This document shows, in pieces, positions 25,388-38,559 of a DNA stretch of 64,000 nt. The stretch is from Eledone cirrhosa (lineage: Eukaryota), in contig OZ024746.1 in the NCBI GenBank assembly GCA_964016885.1, forward strand, positions 11,842,001 through 11,906,000. Reading direction: 5' to 3'. The first letter of the stretch is position 1. Each line of letters opens with the position of its first letter. The notes under the pieces are model-generated. The model ran no database searches and had not been told where the DNA came from. It was given only the letters and a program-made list of their open reading frames with translations. A program made the position numbers and the translations under genes.

Positions 25388-26298
25388 ACATTGTTAATCA
25401 ATTAATGCCAGCTGGATTGACCTTGTGATATTAACTTTTTAATATCAAACAACTCTTAGTTTTACAATACAAAATTATTTAATAAATGTTTATATTTATC
25501 TGAAAACCTTCCACTAATTTGATATGACATTTTATATATTGCCTCCAAATTCAATCATCATTTAATATTAATCCTAACCCTAACCCTTCCCTATTAGCAA
25601 GAGTTGGACAGATCTTCACTGACCAAATCAGTACTCAAGCAGCGCTACTGACCTCAGATGGGCTGATGGTAACGAAAAGGTTAATGTCATTTTGGGGAAC
25701 CCTGAGGACACACTCTTAAAGCCAGTGTTTCTGTAATTCTGTGAGAAGTTAGTTTAAACTTTCAATAGCAATTCTCAAAGCTGAAGTGTTTCCATATAGG
25801 ATTCTTTGAAGCAACATCTCAATTCATCAGTAGCTGTACTCTTTGGAATGATGGCAGAGTTTGCCTGAAATCAGCAGAGAGCAAGACTGACTCCACCCTT
25901 ATGATCTCATTGTTACCTTTGAGAACATGTAAGGTGTGATCATAGGCAGTGTATTTCATGAGAAATATGACAATGTGTTTCAGTTAATTTTGAAAATAAC
26001 CAAAAATTAGGACTTTCATTAGTAAGCTGATATTTAAAACATTACATAACAAAAATTTCTAAAATGATAATGGAAGGTTTTAATGTAAGAATAAGTATTT
26101 TAAAATAAGCAGTTTCTGGCACTTGGCTATCAGAAAGGCTTCAAATCCATGTTTGGGACTTTATTGAGTACTATCAGCTTAGCCTGCTTCAGAGCCTTGT
26201 ATTATAGATGTATAGGAAACTACATACATGTGGAAACTGAATTTGACATGCAGAGAAAAGGTTGGTGCAGGTACATGATTTTTACATATTTGAAGCAG

Positions 26299-26332
<34 letters not shown>

Positions 26333-27240
26333 TTCTGAAATCCAGGAAAACTATACGAATGTACACATGTATGCATATACATAACAATAAAAGGACAGTT
26401 GTCTACTCAAAATTTAACAATGCCACTTATTAAAAAAACAGCAACAATGAATTAAAAGCAAAGAGAAAGAACGGGGGAATATAACTATAATTTCCAGTGT
26501 TTAATCTCTGTTCATCCTTAGAATGCTAAAAATATTCTCAATGAATTAAATAACTGATACACTTGCAAAAACAGGGACTTATAAAAGTGAGTGTTTATAG
26601 AGTTTCTATGAAATAATGTTTTCCTGGATTATACATATAGGAAAACAAATGTTTCTTTTTCTAAAATCACTACTTAGTTTAATAATATATTTGTAATGTT
26701 TGGGCATGAGCAATGTTAAGAATCATTTTAGTAAAATGCAGGTGTAGTGATTTTGATTTATTAAATTTTTATTTTCAAAATTAGTATTTATTTCATTTTG
26801 TATAAGCACCATGAAAAAAAGTTAAATTTAAAATATTTTACCGGTGTAATATTACCTGATGTTACCCACAGTGACAGAAATAACTCCCAAAATTACCCAG
26901 CAAACAATGGGTAACACACACACACACACACACATATATATGTATAAATTTATAAAAGAATGAACAAAGTTTGACGTGAAAAATGTTTCTTTATCTCCCA
27001 ATGAATCTCCCCAATTTTCTGTTTTTCTCTTTTCTTCCACTCCCACCCCATTAATACCTTCAGTGTTTTTCCACATCTTTCAAAATATTTTTACAAGTGT
27101 GTGCAAGTCAGAATTTTTTTGATTCCCCCTTAGATCAATCTGGATGTCTGTGTCAAATTTTGTGATGATTTGTTGAGAAATGGGAACATAGATTCAAGAC
27201 AAACAGACAAACTTTTATGCTTATTACATAGCATATATCT

Positions 27241-27440
27241 ATCATCATCATCATCGTTTAACGTCCATCTTCCACGCTTGCATGGGTTTGGACGGGAGTT
27301 TTCCCACTTGAGGCAAGATTGGTTGTCCTGCTCGTATAGGAATGTCTGGCGGGTTTTCTACGGCTGGATGCCCTTCCTAACACCAACCACGTTTACAATG
27401 TGGACTGGGAGGTTTTTACCGTGTTACCTACACGGCCACT
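27241..27440 (-). mobile_element. SINE 3' portion with (GAT)n tail
   Basis: (CAT)n-CGTTTAACGTCC tail plus TTCTACGGCTGGATGCCCTTCCTAACACCAACC module shared with 42340-42467. Confidence 0.75.
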
Positions 27441-28087
27441 ATGTCTGCAACAAATATATTGTTTCTGAACTAAACATTCTTAAAAACAGATTTGCTGTTG
27501 GCCACATTAATTATATATTTCCTCATTTATAAGAGCTTTTTTAACAATCTTTACCAATACAATTTGGTAGTGGCTGCCATCATAGATTTATGAATCTGCT
27601 ATAGCACAGCAAATGTATATTTAATTAGTAACTAAGATCATCTCAGTATGAATTTGTTCTCTAAATATTGTTTTAAGTTTTTATATGAATGAATGTGTTA
27701 TTAAAAAGTATAGAAAAAATGGTTCAATTCTATTTATTCAATCTAATTTTGTTGTATTAAAAATTATGTAAATTCTTTATTCATACATTTAAATAAGCTA
27801 TTGTTATGGTCTGATAAGATTTAAGATTGTTTAGAATGGCGGGAAACCCCAGCTTTATGTAACGTAGTGTATATTCTTTCTCTCAGTAGATGTACTAAAT
27901 TCTTTAATTTTGTTAATATCAGTTTTTACACATGTTGAGAAAAGTTATATTAATTGTATTTTAGTCATTTTCATTTTAATTCTCTATGGGGAAATGAAAT
28001 ATTTGTAATGTTTCATAAAGCTGAACAAAGAATATTTATTCCATGCTGTTAGTTTCATTTTCTTGCTCTCTTAACCCATTCTATAAT

Positions 28088-28560
28088 CATCATCATCATC
28101 ATCATCATCATTTAATGTCCACTTTCCTTGCTAGCAAGAGTTGGATGGGTCTTCACAGACCAGGTCAGTTCTGAAGCAGGTACTGGCCTCCTAGACAGGC
28201 CGGGGGTCCACATCTGATGTATAGTTTCACATTCTACCAAGTGGCACCAGCACAAGAGAGGTTGTCATGTCTTTGACACAACTGGAGGGTCCTCTCAAGC
28301 TTTCTATAGCTAGATGCCCTTCCTATCACCAACCACTTTACAGTGTGTACTGCGTGTATTGTGTAGACCACCAACACTAAATAAGTTGTGCCATTGACAC
28401 AACTGAGGGATCTTCTCAACCATTTTAGACATGGTTTCTACTGCAAAGTACCCTTCCTATCACCTCCCATCTTAAAGTGTGTACCTGGTGCATTTTCGTG
28501 ATACTGTCACTAGAGAGCTTGTTGGTCATAGTCACAACTGAAGAGCCCTCTCTGTATGGC
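28088..28560 (-). mobile_element. SINE-like dispersed repeat with three internal modules and (GAT)n tail
   Basis: Closely similar to 44309-44705; (CAT)n tail at 28088-28110. Confidence 0.75.
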
Positions 28561-29179
28561 TTGTGAAGGGGCAATAGGGGAGGAGGACAGGCATTAGCTG
28601 TATGGTGAGTGTGATGATGAGTAAGGGGAAGAGGTGACTGATAGTGTATGTGGAGAGGAGTTGTAATGATGGAGAAATAGCTATGGGGTGGTAGGGGAGG
28701 GGGTGCACAGCGGGATAGAGAATGTAGCCAATTGAGTGCAATAGTGAGGATATCTAAGGGCTTTAGAGCTGGGTGGGAGTGGTGTTGAGGATAACTTCTG
28801 GGGAATGCTAATCTATATATATATATTGCATGACGTACATTCATTTAGTAACATAGTTAATCAAATAACTATTTATGCTTGAGAACAGCATTATTTAATT
28901 AATTTCCTTGCCAAATGAATGCATGTCATGCAAATTCAATTATCATTTCAGCTATATTCCACATCCTGTTTGACATATATAGTGATGCTGTAAATAGAAT
29001 CATAAGAGTAATTATCTTTTGATGAGAAGACAATAATCTCTGAAACACTAAAAAATGTTTTGTGTAGAGAAGGAATAGCAAAAAGTGTATTTACACTTCG
29101 TTTCATGGAAAGGCTTCTAATTACAAAACTACAGTTTTATCTACATTAAATTTGTTTGAGATCTTTAACTAATATTTAA

Positions 29180-29390
29180 CTCTTTAGCATTTACATTACT
29201 CTATATTTACTATTGTATTTTCACAGTTAAAGGCTTTATATAATATCGAATAATACATAATATCGAATCTATGAGATTTTTATATTATTTATTTTGAAAT
29301 CAATGCCTTAACATCAGTATAAGCAGCCCGTTACAGCCGGTTTGAACAGAAAGAGGTGAGATAATTCTGGCCGGTTTAAATGCTAAAGGG
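29180..29390 (-). mobile_element. piggyBac-like MITE, family A
   Basis: TTAA-CTCTTTAGCATTTA ... TAAATGCTAAAGGG-TTAA. Confidence 0.85.
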
Positions 29391-32300
29391 TTAAGCTGAT
29401 CATGTAAACAGTTTTATTGAAATATTTATAACATTTATTTCATAATAAAGTGATGGTTATTGAAAGTTTTCACATTGACATAAAGCTCTATATTAAATTC
29501 ACTGGAATTTTTAGCTTACTCTTTTTCTTTTTTGTGTTCTTGATTATTATGAAAATTTGCAGCATTAGAGTAAACACTTTTAATTATTAATGTGATGCAG
29601 TCATACTGCTGTTTTGGTCTTTTCAAGAATGTCTTGCTAATGTAGTTTTATACAGTACAGGACATTAATAGTTAAGGCAGTCTTATTCTCTCTCTTAAGT
29701 AATGTCATTAAATTGCCAGTTGCTGAGAAATCAACAAAAAATTATTGTTTAGCTTCAGATCAAACATATAATAAAAGATGTTCTGGCTACAACTATCAAT
29801 TATTTTGTGTGGTGGAGTGAGACATATGTGTGTAGTTGAGGAGGTCACTTTGTAGCCATGAAGTTTCAAGTTTAGTTCCTCTATGTGGCACCTTGAGCAA
29901 GTATCTTCTACTATACATAGCCTAAGGTTGGCCAATGCCTCAACTGGAATTTCTTAGACAAAAACTGTGTGAAGCCTATTGTGAGTACAGCTCACACCTG
30001 CACAGTCTCCTATGTAGCTGTATGTACACATATACTGGTTGTTACAGCTCACACCTGCCTTCTGTGAGGTATCCCAAGGGTGTTTTAATGACAGGCACCC
30101 CCTGTCCCATGCCACCCTTTTTCCAGGGACCGAAAGTGGGGTTCAAACTCAGAATGCCCAGAAAAGATACTGCAAGGCATCTCACTCAATGCTCTTACTA
30201 ATTTATCCCCTATATTGACCTTCAAATGATGAAAGTTGACCTCAATGAAATTTAGAAATGTTTGAAATTTTCAAAGAAACGTTACATTGTGGAGGTGCTT
30301 CTAACATTGCTATTGTGTACATTCACTGTTATAATGTCCCATAACTTAGCTGTCCAACAAATACAAACTGATAAAACAAGTACCAGTCTTGAAAAAAATA
30401 AGTACTTGGTTCCATATGATTAACTAGATCCTAACATGGCCACAGTCTAATGACTGAAACCAGTAAAAGAATAGAACTATGTTGTTTAGTGTCTTGTCTT
30501 TTTTAAAGTAATGAAGAATGGAGGGCACATTTAGCTGCTATTTCTAGCAGGTTCAGTTACTGTTAGCTTGCCAACAACAAAATATTTTGATAAGTAGCTT
30601 TTTTTCTCATTTTTATTATTGATTGAATCATGTACACTCATTTCAATTTTTCTTTTGAATTCAGATTCTTTTGTCCTCATTCTTCATATAATTAATATCA
30701 ACTTTATTTTCATTCTATTTCTAAATAAAATGCACTGCCTGTGTTTTTCAGTTAATTTTCAAAGGAGTTTGGAAGCATTTGGTAAAGAAATGCAATTTTT
30801 TAGAAAACATTTATTTGTACATTAAGCTTGTGTTTGGAATAACCACTTAAATGGCATTTTTACTGAATGAAATCTTATATCATCATTGTTGTAATAACAA
30901 GGTTCATTTAAATATGAACATTTTAATGCATGTAGTTTCAGGCAGATTCATATTAAACCAGATAAAATCTGTAAGTTAATTTTTTTTTGTGTAGAAAAGA
31001 ATAAAATTTTATTTAAATATTTTTCAATAAATAGAATATAGAAAACATTGAAAAAAAAAATCCCTGCTGAAGTATGAAGATGAAAACTAATACCATTTAT
31101 TCTTTTACTGTTTTTTTAGTCTATTCCTCCCATTTTTTTCTTTTTAAATTTAAAATCAATAAAAATGCCAAAAGCAAATGTTACCCTTAGCGTAGAGGGA
31201 GATAACTCGGTTGGAACTAAACGCTATAAGGTATTTTTGTTTACCGCACCGATTTTGTTCTTGTCCATGCCAATATACATGTAATAGCCTTCCACAAAGT
31301 CTATATCAACTAAATATAAAGCTCTGATAGAAGACATTTCTGCTATGTGCTGCACAGTAAGAGTTAACCAAGTACCTCATGGATCTCAAGTGAACCTCAT
31401 AACTACACAGCCATGTCTGTGTCTGGTTAACACTTTATTTAGACATTGATGTTTTTTTCTCTTTGCAAACAGCTAAGAGTGGGGAGAATGTACGGGGTTT
31501 AATGAATATTGCAATTATTTTTATAAGTTGTGGTTGCTTCATATATGTATATATGTGTGTGTGTGTGTATGCTCTTTTACTAGTTTCAGTCATTAGACTG
31601 TGGCCATAAGAGAGAAAACGTTGAATCACATCTTGATTGAGAGTTGAATAAAGGCTATGAATCAAATAACATTATCCCCCATGGACATTACTACTTTAAG
31701 GTCACTGATCTAAATTTAGTTATTCAGTGGAATGTTTTAATGGCTCTTCACTTATTTCCACTGCAAAAGCTGGTGTAAGATTTAATTTCTCACTCTGCCT
31801 TTCTATCTATCATCATCATCATTTAATGTCTGTCTTCTCTGCTAGCAAGAGTTGGGCAGATCTTCACAGATTGAGTCAGTACTCAAGCAGAGATACTGAT
31901 CTCTGATGGGCTAGTGACCTACATCTCGCTTACATACATTTAATGATGAATATATATTTTATAAACAGTCAATTGTAACTAGCTACTAGCCAAGGTGTCA
32001 TTGATTCACACCACAGTGTTGTCATGTGGCATGAACACAATATTGCTCTGACCAATGTCAACGGCAATATAATGATAGCGAGGACTACAGACTACAGATG
32101 AAAAAATAGACCACAAGCTGAGATGTAACAGTAAATCTGTCAACAATTAAGTATAGGAACTTTACCCGGAGCCTACAAACTCAAACAGTCAGAAGGTTGA
32201 TACAACTACTACCTGAACTTACTAATAAAAGAGATTCAGAAACTCATGTCTGCTGGCTTCACAACTGGATGGTAATACATGAACAATGACATTTCCCCAT

Positions 32301-32527
32301 GATTGCATAACTTCACCTATGAATGTATGAACATCTGATCAAGTCACATGCATAAGCAGGTAACTGAAATATATATCATGCAATAAAGCAATTATGGTGA
32401 AGTAACTCCGTCTTAACTACTATAATTTGATATATATATATGGAAATTAAATTAGAAGCTTTTGCTGTATTTTTTGTAATCAAAAAGTATGGTGAATAAT
32501 TTTGCTTGCCATCTTCTATACACACAT

Positions 32528-33665
32528 GCTTTATATGTATATATATTATCATCATCATCACCGTTTTTCGCCTCCATTTTTCCATGCTCGAATGGGTTGG
32601 ATGGGTCCTTTTCAGTACAACATCTTTCTATTTGCCACGTTCCTTTGTTATCTCCTCTGTGAATCTCATGAATTTGAGATCAGCACTCACTATATAAGCT
32701 TTGGTCTTCCTTAACTGTGGCTTTCCTGCTACTGGGATTTCCTGACACTTCTTCACCCAGCGATTATCATCCATGCGCATGACATGCCCATACCAATGCA
32801 GGCTTTTCTCTTGCACACCACTTCAGATTCCTCTTAAACAATTTCTCTCAGTCACTGCCCATGTTTCATTACCATGCAGAATCTAAACCTATGCTAGCGT
32901 GGAAGATAGACGTTAAACGATGATGATGAATCACACTTCACACACAGGTGTAAACAGCCATCCTTGTGTACATAGGGAGAAGCCTTTTGTTGTCAACAGT
33001 GGGAGTAGTTCTCTAAACTTCTTCCATCCTATCCTTATTCTAGCTGTTATACTCTCAGATCACCCTCCTCCACTGTTAATTAGGTCACTAAGTTAGCAGA
33101 AGATATTAACAATTTCTATGGATCCTTCATTTATATCACTTACACTCTTCCTGTTACCTCTGTGCATCTTCTACATACAAAGTCTTCTTTCCTGTTATCT
33201 CACTACATCTCTTGTGTACCTCATTTAAAGTTTACACCTACTCTTTTTTCTACATATTGACCAGGGCCACTTCCTTGAAGGAATTGGGGTTCTATCTTCT
33301 TTCCTATTTACTAGCACTTTAGTTTTGACTAAGTTTACTCTCAGATCTTTTGATTCCAAAATCCGTTTCCAGTCAGAACTTATTTTCTAGTCATCTTATG
33401 GATTCAACTATAAGGATCCGATCATCTGCATAGAGAAGTTCCCATGGACAGCCAGTTTTGAACTTCTCTGTTATGGCCTAGAGAACTATAATGAACAGTA
33501 GTAGGCTGAGAACTGAACCCTGATGAACTCCTACTTGTACCTGGAATTCCTCACTAAACTCACTTCCTTGACAGCTCCTCTATACATGGCTTGCACTGCT
33601 CTCTCAAGCCATTCTTTTACACCTAATTTTCTTAAGGACCACAAGATAACAAAGCGTGGTACTTG
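32528..33665 (-). mobile_element. 5'-truncated decayed RTE-clade LINE (RT core to 3' (GAT)n tail)
   Basis: Minus strand encodes VGVHQGSVLSLLLFIIVL, PWELLYADD and LHWYGHVMRMDDNRWVKKC, and ends in ...CATGGAAAAATGGAGGCG...TGATGATGATGA. Confidence 0.88.
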
Positions 33666-34642
33666 GTATTAAAATACATTTCCTCTACAATCATTTAAAC
33701 AAAGTCCCCACCAATTTAGGGGCTCTTAGTGAAAAGCGAGGAGATCATTTCCACATGGCAACAATGGAAAAAAGTACAAGAGATGCTGGAACATAAATAT
33801 TATAGCAGAATATTTTTAGTTATTAATAAGAGAATGAAACAGAAGTGATTATATATCACAATCTAAGAAGAAAAAGTTACTGCATTAAACAATGTACTTA
33901 CTGAACCAATCTTGTTTCTATGCTTATTCTACAGTTTTAGATGAATGGAATTTGTTGGCTGGGTTATGCAATTCTTCACACATTATTGTGCTATTTACTA
34001 TTATGTGTGTCATTTCAGTGACATTTGATGCATTTTACTATTTTTTCAGTAGCTGGGTAGTGCAAGATATTTGTGTAATAAAATATGTTAATTTTTAAAA
34101 TGAATTTTTACAAACTATATTCAATTTTTTATAAATATAACAGGGGAAAACATGATGATGGTGGTTGTGGTGAACCTTATGTTATACGTAAATGGGGATG
34201 AAAAGAGTTAGATCTTCCCATAAAACCCATAAAAATGACTACAGTGGCTATAATACCATATAACTGAGTTCTGCTCCACGTGCATTTCATACACGTTGCA
34301 TTGCTAAAATTCAAAAAGGCATTTCTGAAAAAACCTTGGCATATTACACAAATTCTAAATGCCAGTTTGATTTGAAATCAGTGCCTCAAAATTAGATAAG
34401 ATGGATATCTTTAATGGAAGAAATCAAAAAATGTTTTTCAAAATACAGCCCAGTGATTAATTTCAGAGAATCCTTCTGAGTTGACCAGATGTAATTCAAC
34501 TTTTAATTAATTAACCAAATATTTGAGATGGACTTAAAACAACAAAGACAAATATTGAAATAAATTTCATTTTATTTAAATTTATTCCATTGAGATGATT
34601 TGATTTTTAATAAGATTATAATTATTCATCCTATTAACATAT

Positions 34643-34800
34643 CTTCTTCTTCTCCCACTTATTCCTGAGAGGGTCGTGGGGGACAGAGTCCTCAAACATT
34701 CCTTCCAGCTGATCCTGTCAGAAGCAACCATCTGCAAATGATCTGGCTGGATCCCCAAGCGAGACCAGCAAAGCTCAACTAAAAGATGTGGTTGATACAA
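34643..34800 (-). mobile_element. 3' end of a LINE with (AAG)n tail
   Basis: LGIQPDHLQMVASDRISWKECL followed by GGAATAAGTGGGAGAAGAAGAAG; the same tail occurs at about 4527-4580. Confidence 0.7.
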
Positions 34801-35589
34801 GAAATGCTGAGCTCCCACTACTCTCCCAATTAGTTATATTTCATGTTTGGGGTGTTGTTAGATGACTGGAAGTAAATGTACATATTAAAAAAAATGTTCA
34901 TTTCAAAGCACGAGGTAAATAAACTGACAGATTATAATCTTGTTCTTTTTCTTTCTTTCTATATTTTTCCTCAATTTTTTTTTTTTTTTGCTATACATTT
35001 CTGAATTGAAGAGAAACAGACATTTTTGTAATCTTAATATTTGAAATTAAAATAAAATTCAATTAAAAAATGAATGTTGATTTGAATCTTGATTCAATTA
35101 TAATTTTATTTAAAAAAATTTCAATTAAAATTCCCAACCATTATATTTTAATTTGTGAAATGATTTCAATTTTATCAATTTCAGATTTGAATCTAAAGAC
35201 TAAAAAAAAAAAAAGGAAACCAAAAAATTTCAATGAAATAGATTATATGCCTAAATTATCATTATAAAATAGATTATATGCCTAAATTATCATTATTGAT
35301 AAAAAGTAATGTTTCCAGATTATTGATTTAATATATATTTTGTGTATATATCACAACTGATTGGCAAATATTAATTTACCAACATGCTACAAACATTAGC
35401 TCACAGACATCGTGTTTCCTCTTTCTGCCTCCCATCATCTACTTCTTTGAACCAGCTAGCTGTATATTCACTTCACCTTCACCCAACAAACACACCTGTT
35501 TCCACTTTGTTCATCACCCCTATCATGTTACCTTACAGAAACGATTATAAACATTTAGTCCAGTCCTTCTTTACCAGAACTGAAATTGC

Positions 35590-36200
35590 CTGGTACAGCA
35601 GTACAATCATAAATTACTAGAAGGTGCATATCGAGAATGATTAAACTATGGACCAAGTTAGGAACGTGATGGAACAAGTTCTAGCAACGTGATGGAAAAG
35701 TCTAGCACACTATGAGGGAAAGAGTCAAATTAGATGAGATGCAGATGCAGTTCGGTTTCATGCTTGGGAGGAGTACTCCAGATGCCCTCTTCTTAGTGAG
35801 ACAACTACAAGAGAAATTTCTAGCCATGAATAAGCTGCTAGATTTAGCTTTAGTTGCTCTAGAAAAGGCCTTTGACAGAGTACTTCAATCTGTCATCTGG
35901 TGGTCCTTAAGAAAATCACATGTAGAAGAATGGCTTGTGAGGATAGTGCAAGCCATGTACAGGAGCTGTCAGTAAAGTGAAAGTAGGTAGTGAGGTATTC
36001 AAGGTACAGATAGTTCATCAGGGTTTGGTTCTTAGCCCATTGCTGTTCATCATAGTTTTCCAAGTGATAATAGAGGAGTTTAAAACTTGTTTTTCATGGG
36101 AACTTCTCTATGCAGATGATTTGGTCCTTATAGCTGAACCCATAAAAGAACTAGAGAATAAGTTCTGACTATGTAAACCGAATTTGGAATAAAAGGGTTA
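35590..36200 (+). mobile_element. RTE-clade LINE RT fragment (pseudogenised)
   Basis: ORFs 35712-35975 and 35977-36168: QFGFMLGRSTPDALFLVRQLQEK, LEKAFDRV, HQGLVLSPLLFIIV, LLYADDLVLIAE. Confidence 0.93.
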
Positions 36201-36244
36201 ACTATATATATATATGTGTGTGTGTGTGTGTGAATCCATAACTC

Positions 36245-36520
36245 CTGATGGCGTTGTAGGTGTGACATATTGATATACAGCGTTTCTTGGGGAATTTTTA
36301 AACCTAGCAGAGCCCATTTTCTTTTCAGGTTTGAACATAGCCTATTTCTTACAGAGAAGGATAGAGAGTGAGAAAGAGATATAGAGAAAGGAAGTGAGAA
36401 AGAGATATAGAGAAAGAATCAATCCCAGTACTAGACTGGTAGTTTATTTATCGACCCCGAATGGATGAAAAGCAAAGTTGACCGAGGCAGTATTTGAACT
36501 GAGTGCAGAAAGCTGGAACG
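36245..36520 (-). mobile_element. SINE with extended 3' segment
   Basis: Core ATCGACCCCGAATGGATGAAAAGCAAAGTTGACC; whole unit is an inverted homologue of 45340-45620. Confidence 0.7.
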
Positions 36521-36555
36521 AATACATATATATATATACACATGTATATATATAT

Positions 36556-36745
36556 GTGTTCTTTATTATGGTTTAGTGGTGAGTCTTGTAACTCTAGAGT
36601 TTCACCCGTGTACTCACAGGATCATCAGGCAAGACTGTGAGTACACAGGTGAAACTCCAGAGTAACAAAACTCATCACTAAGCCAAAATAATTAATATTC
36701 AAACTCTACTTCTGTATCGAGTACTCACGTCCGTCAATATCACTA
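36556..36745. mobile_element. Head-to-head inverted pair of hammerhead-bearing element fragments (about 50-bp stem), between (TA)n tracts
   Basis: 36570-36619 pairs with 36635-36684; the right arm and its tail (TACTTCTGTATCGAGTACTC..CCGTCAA) are homologous to 39330-39440. Confidence 0.75.
36582..36636 (-). ncRNA. Minimal type-I hammerhead ribozyme motif (Penelope-like-element style), mutated
   Basis: Minus strand AGTCTTG-C-CTGATGA-T-CCTGTG-AGTA-CACGGG-T-GAA-ACTCTAGAGT-TA-CAAGACT: 7-bp stem I, CUGAUGA and GAAA core, 6-bp stem II, palindromic stem III. Confidence 0.72.
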
Positions 36746-36766
36746 TTTATATATATTTATAAATTC

Positions 36767-36767
<1 letters not shown>

Positions 36768-36797
<30 letters not shown>

Positions 36798-36857
36798 TGT
36801 ATGTATATATATATATATATATATATATACTTACATACACATACATGTGTATTTTTT

Positions 36858-36897
<40 letters not shown>
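36768..36897. repeat. Compound (TATG)n/(TA)n microsatellite
   Basis: Directly visible. Confidence 0.97.
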
Positions 36898-36903
<6 letters not shown>

Positions 36904-38495
36904 TATATGTATGTATGTTTATGCAGACATACATATCTCCCTCTTATATTTATATATAGATAAATAGACAATAGAGAGAGAGAGAATGAGAAAAAGATTG
37001 TTGCAAAATAAAATAAAGAAAACGATTTTGGTTGAAATTATTGTCAGAATAATGGTGTTATTCTGAACATTTGTTGTAACCACATAAATGCACCATAACT
37101 GGTTTTTCCAAGATAAGGAAATAACATGAAAATACTATTAAAAAATAGCTTTCGATAAAAAATATTTTATGTTGCCGAATTATATTTAGTGTAATGAATG
37201 ATTAATAAGTAATTTTAATTAATTTAAAGTTAATAACATAAGTTACTTAATTATTTACTGTGATATTGACGATTAATTAAAATTTACTATGGTTATGGTA
37301 TATTAATGGTGACGGTATGAATCGCAGAGGTTAAAATAATATGAGAAAAGAAATTAATATCATTAAACACTTAAACTGGTGATGTTTTCTTATGATTATT
37401 CGATTCACCTTAATAACAAAAACAAGTCTCAAATTGTAATTAATTTAATACAAATTAAATCTAAACAAAAAATTGAATATTGAAGATATTTTCTTCCCTT
37501 TCCTTTATTCTTCAGACTGGCATATTTCGATATACTGCTAAAATATTACAGTTGCTAAGAGAGAGGCAAAGCAGAGCGAATGCCTTGTATCGATTTTTAA
37601 TTTACTACACATTGTGATCTAATGATATCAGACTATACATGCACGTGTTATTGTGGAAATCTAAGCGATATGTGACTCACTTGATTATGGTTAGATCTTC
37701 ATTCAGCGCATTTTAAAAAACGATATGCCCTTTCTAGGTCCTAATTATATTCAGTAAAGCATATAGCCATATATGACCCTATATGAATGAATGGATTAAA
37801 TATGAATGAGTTGTGGGAAAAAGCAACACCAAAAACAATTTTAATGTTTTGTTTATATTTTGAAAAAAGAAAAATCAGACGAAGTACATATATTTTTCGA
37901 AAGGTATTTTTTAAAAGCACATTCTGTGATTGAGAAGAAAACAATTTAGTTAAGGTGAAAAGTAGAAATAAGATGTGAAATTCATTTGTCTCCAGATAGA
38001 AGAATATGAGTGTTGGTTTCAACTGGTAACGGAAACACCTTTCGGGGGGAGGTTCAATAAAACATTGCTTATTATTTCGTTACACAGCGGTCTTCTATGA
38101 AAGTAACTGTTTAACAAAGCGAATACAGCAGCTGGACATTGATTTAATATCATCTCTCTAATATCAAGCTTGGTTATTAAACAATAAATAAACTACTTTC
38201 TTTTCTTTTAACTGTTCCTAGTACAAACTCGTGATAAGTTGTTGTTTATTAACCCTAACTAAATATTCTATTGTATTATTACAGTTCACATGTTATTTTT
38301 TTTTAGACAGAAAAAATAGGCTTATTTACGCAAGTTATTAATGGATGAGTAAAGTAGGTAAGTACATTATATTCGGTTGTATTATATAAAATAAAGAGTG
38401 TAAAATCATTTCTCTACTCCTACCCCCATATGTCTGTGTTGAGCAGAGATAGAGTTAGTGATTGAGCCTCGTTTTGAAATAGCGCCAAATCGCTA

Positions 38496-38559
38496 ATGGC
38501 GGCCAGAGGAAAGAAGAAAATTATGAGTGCCACCGTGGATCATTTTTGTTCCATTACTG
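38496..38559 (+). CDS. UBXN7: UBX domain-containing protein 7, coding exon 1 (MAARGKKKIMSATVDHFCSITG), start of UBA-like domain
   Basis: ATGGCGGCC start, G|GTAAGT donor, phase 1; F..ITG matches the UBXN7 N-terminus and joins exon 2 in frame. Confidence 0.88.

Noticed and set aside
25573-25590. CCTAACCCTAACCC telomere-like motif
   Set aside because: About two units only; expected by chance.
35236-35296. Short two-copy duplications (also about 6903-6985, 7657-7705, 50861-50915, 54207-54253, 63919-64000)
   Set aside because: Ordinary slippage duplications with no further structure.
36769-36963. MYVCMYV/IYIY, ERER and LSLS ORFs (also 62040-62387 and the 5' part of 62293-62514)
   Set aside because: Translations of microsatellites.
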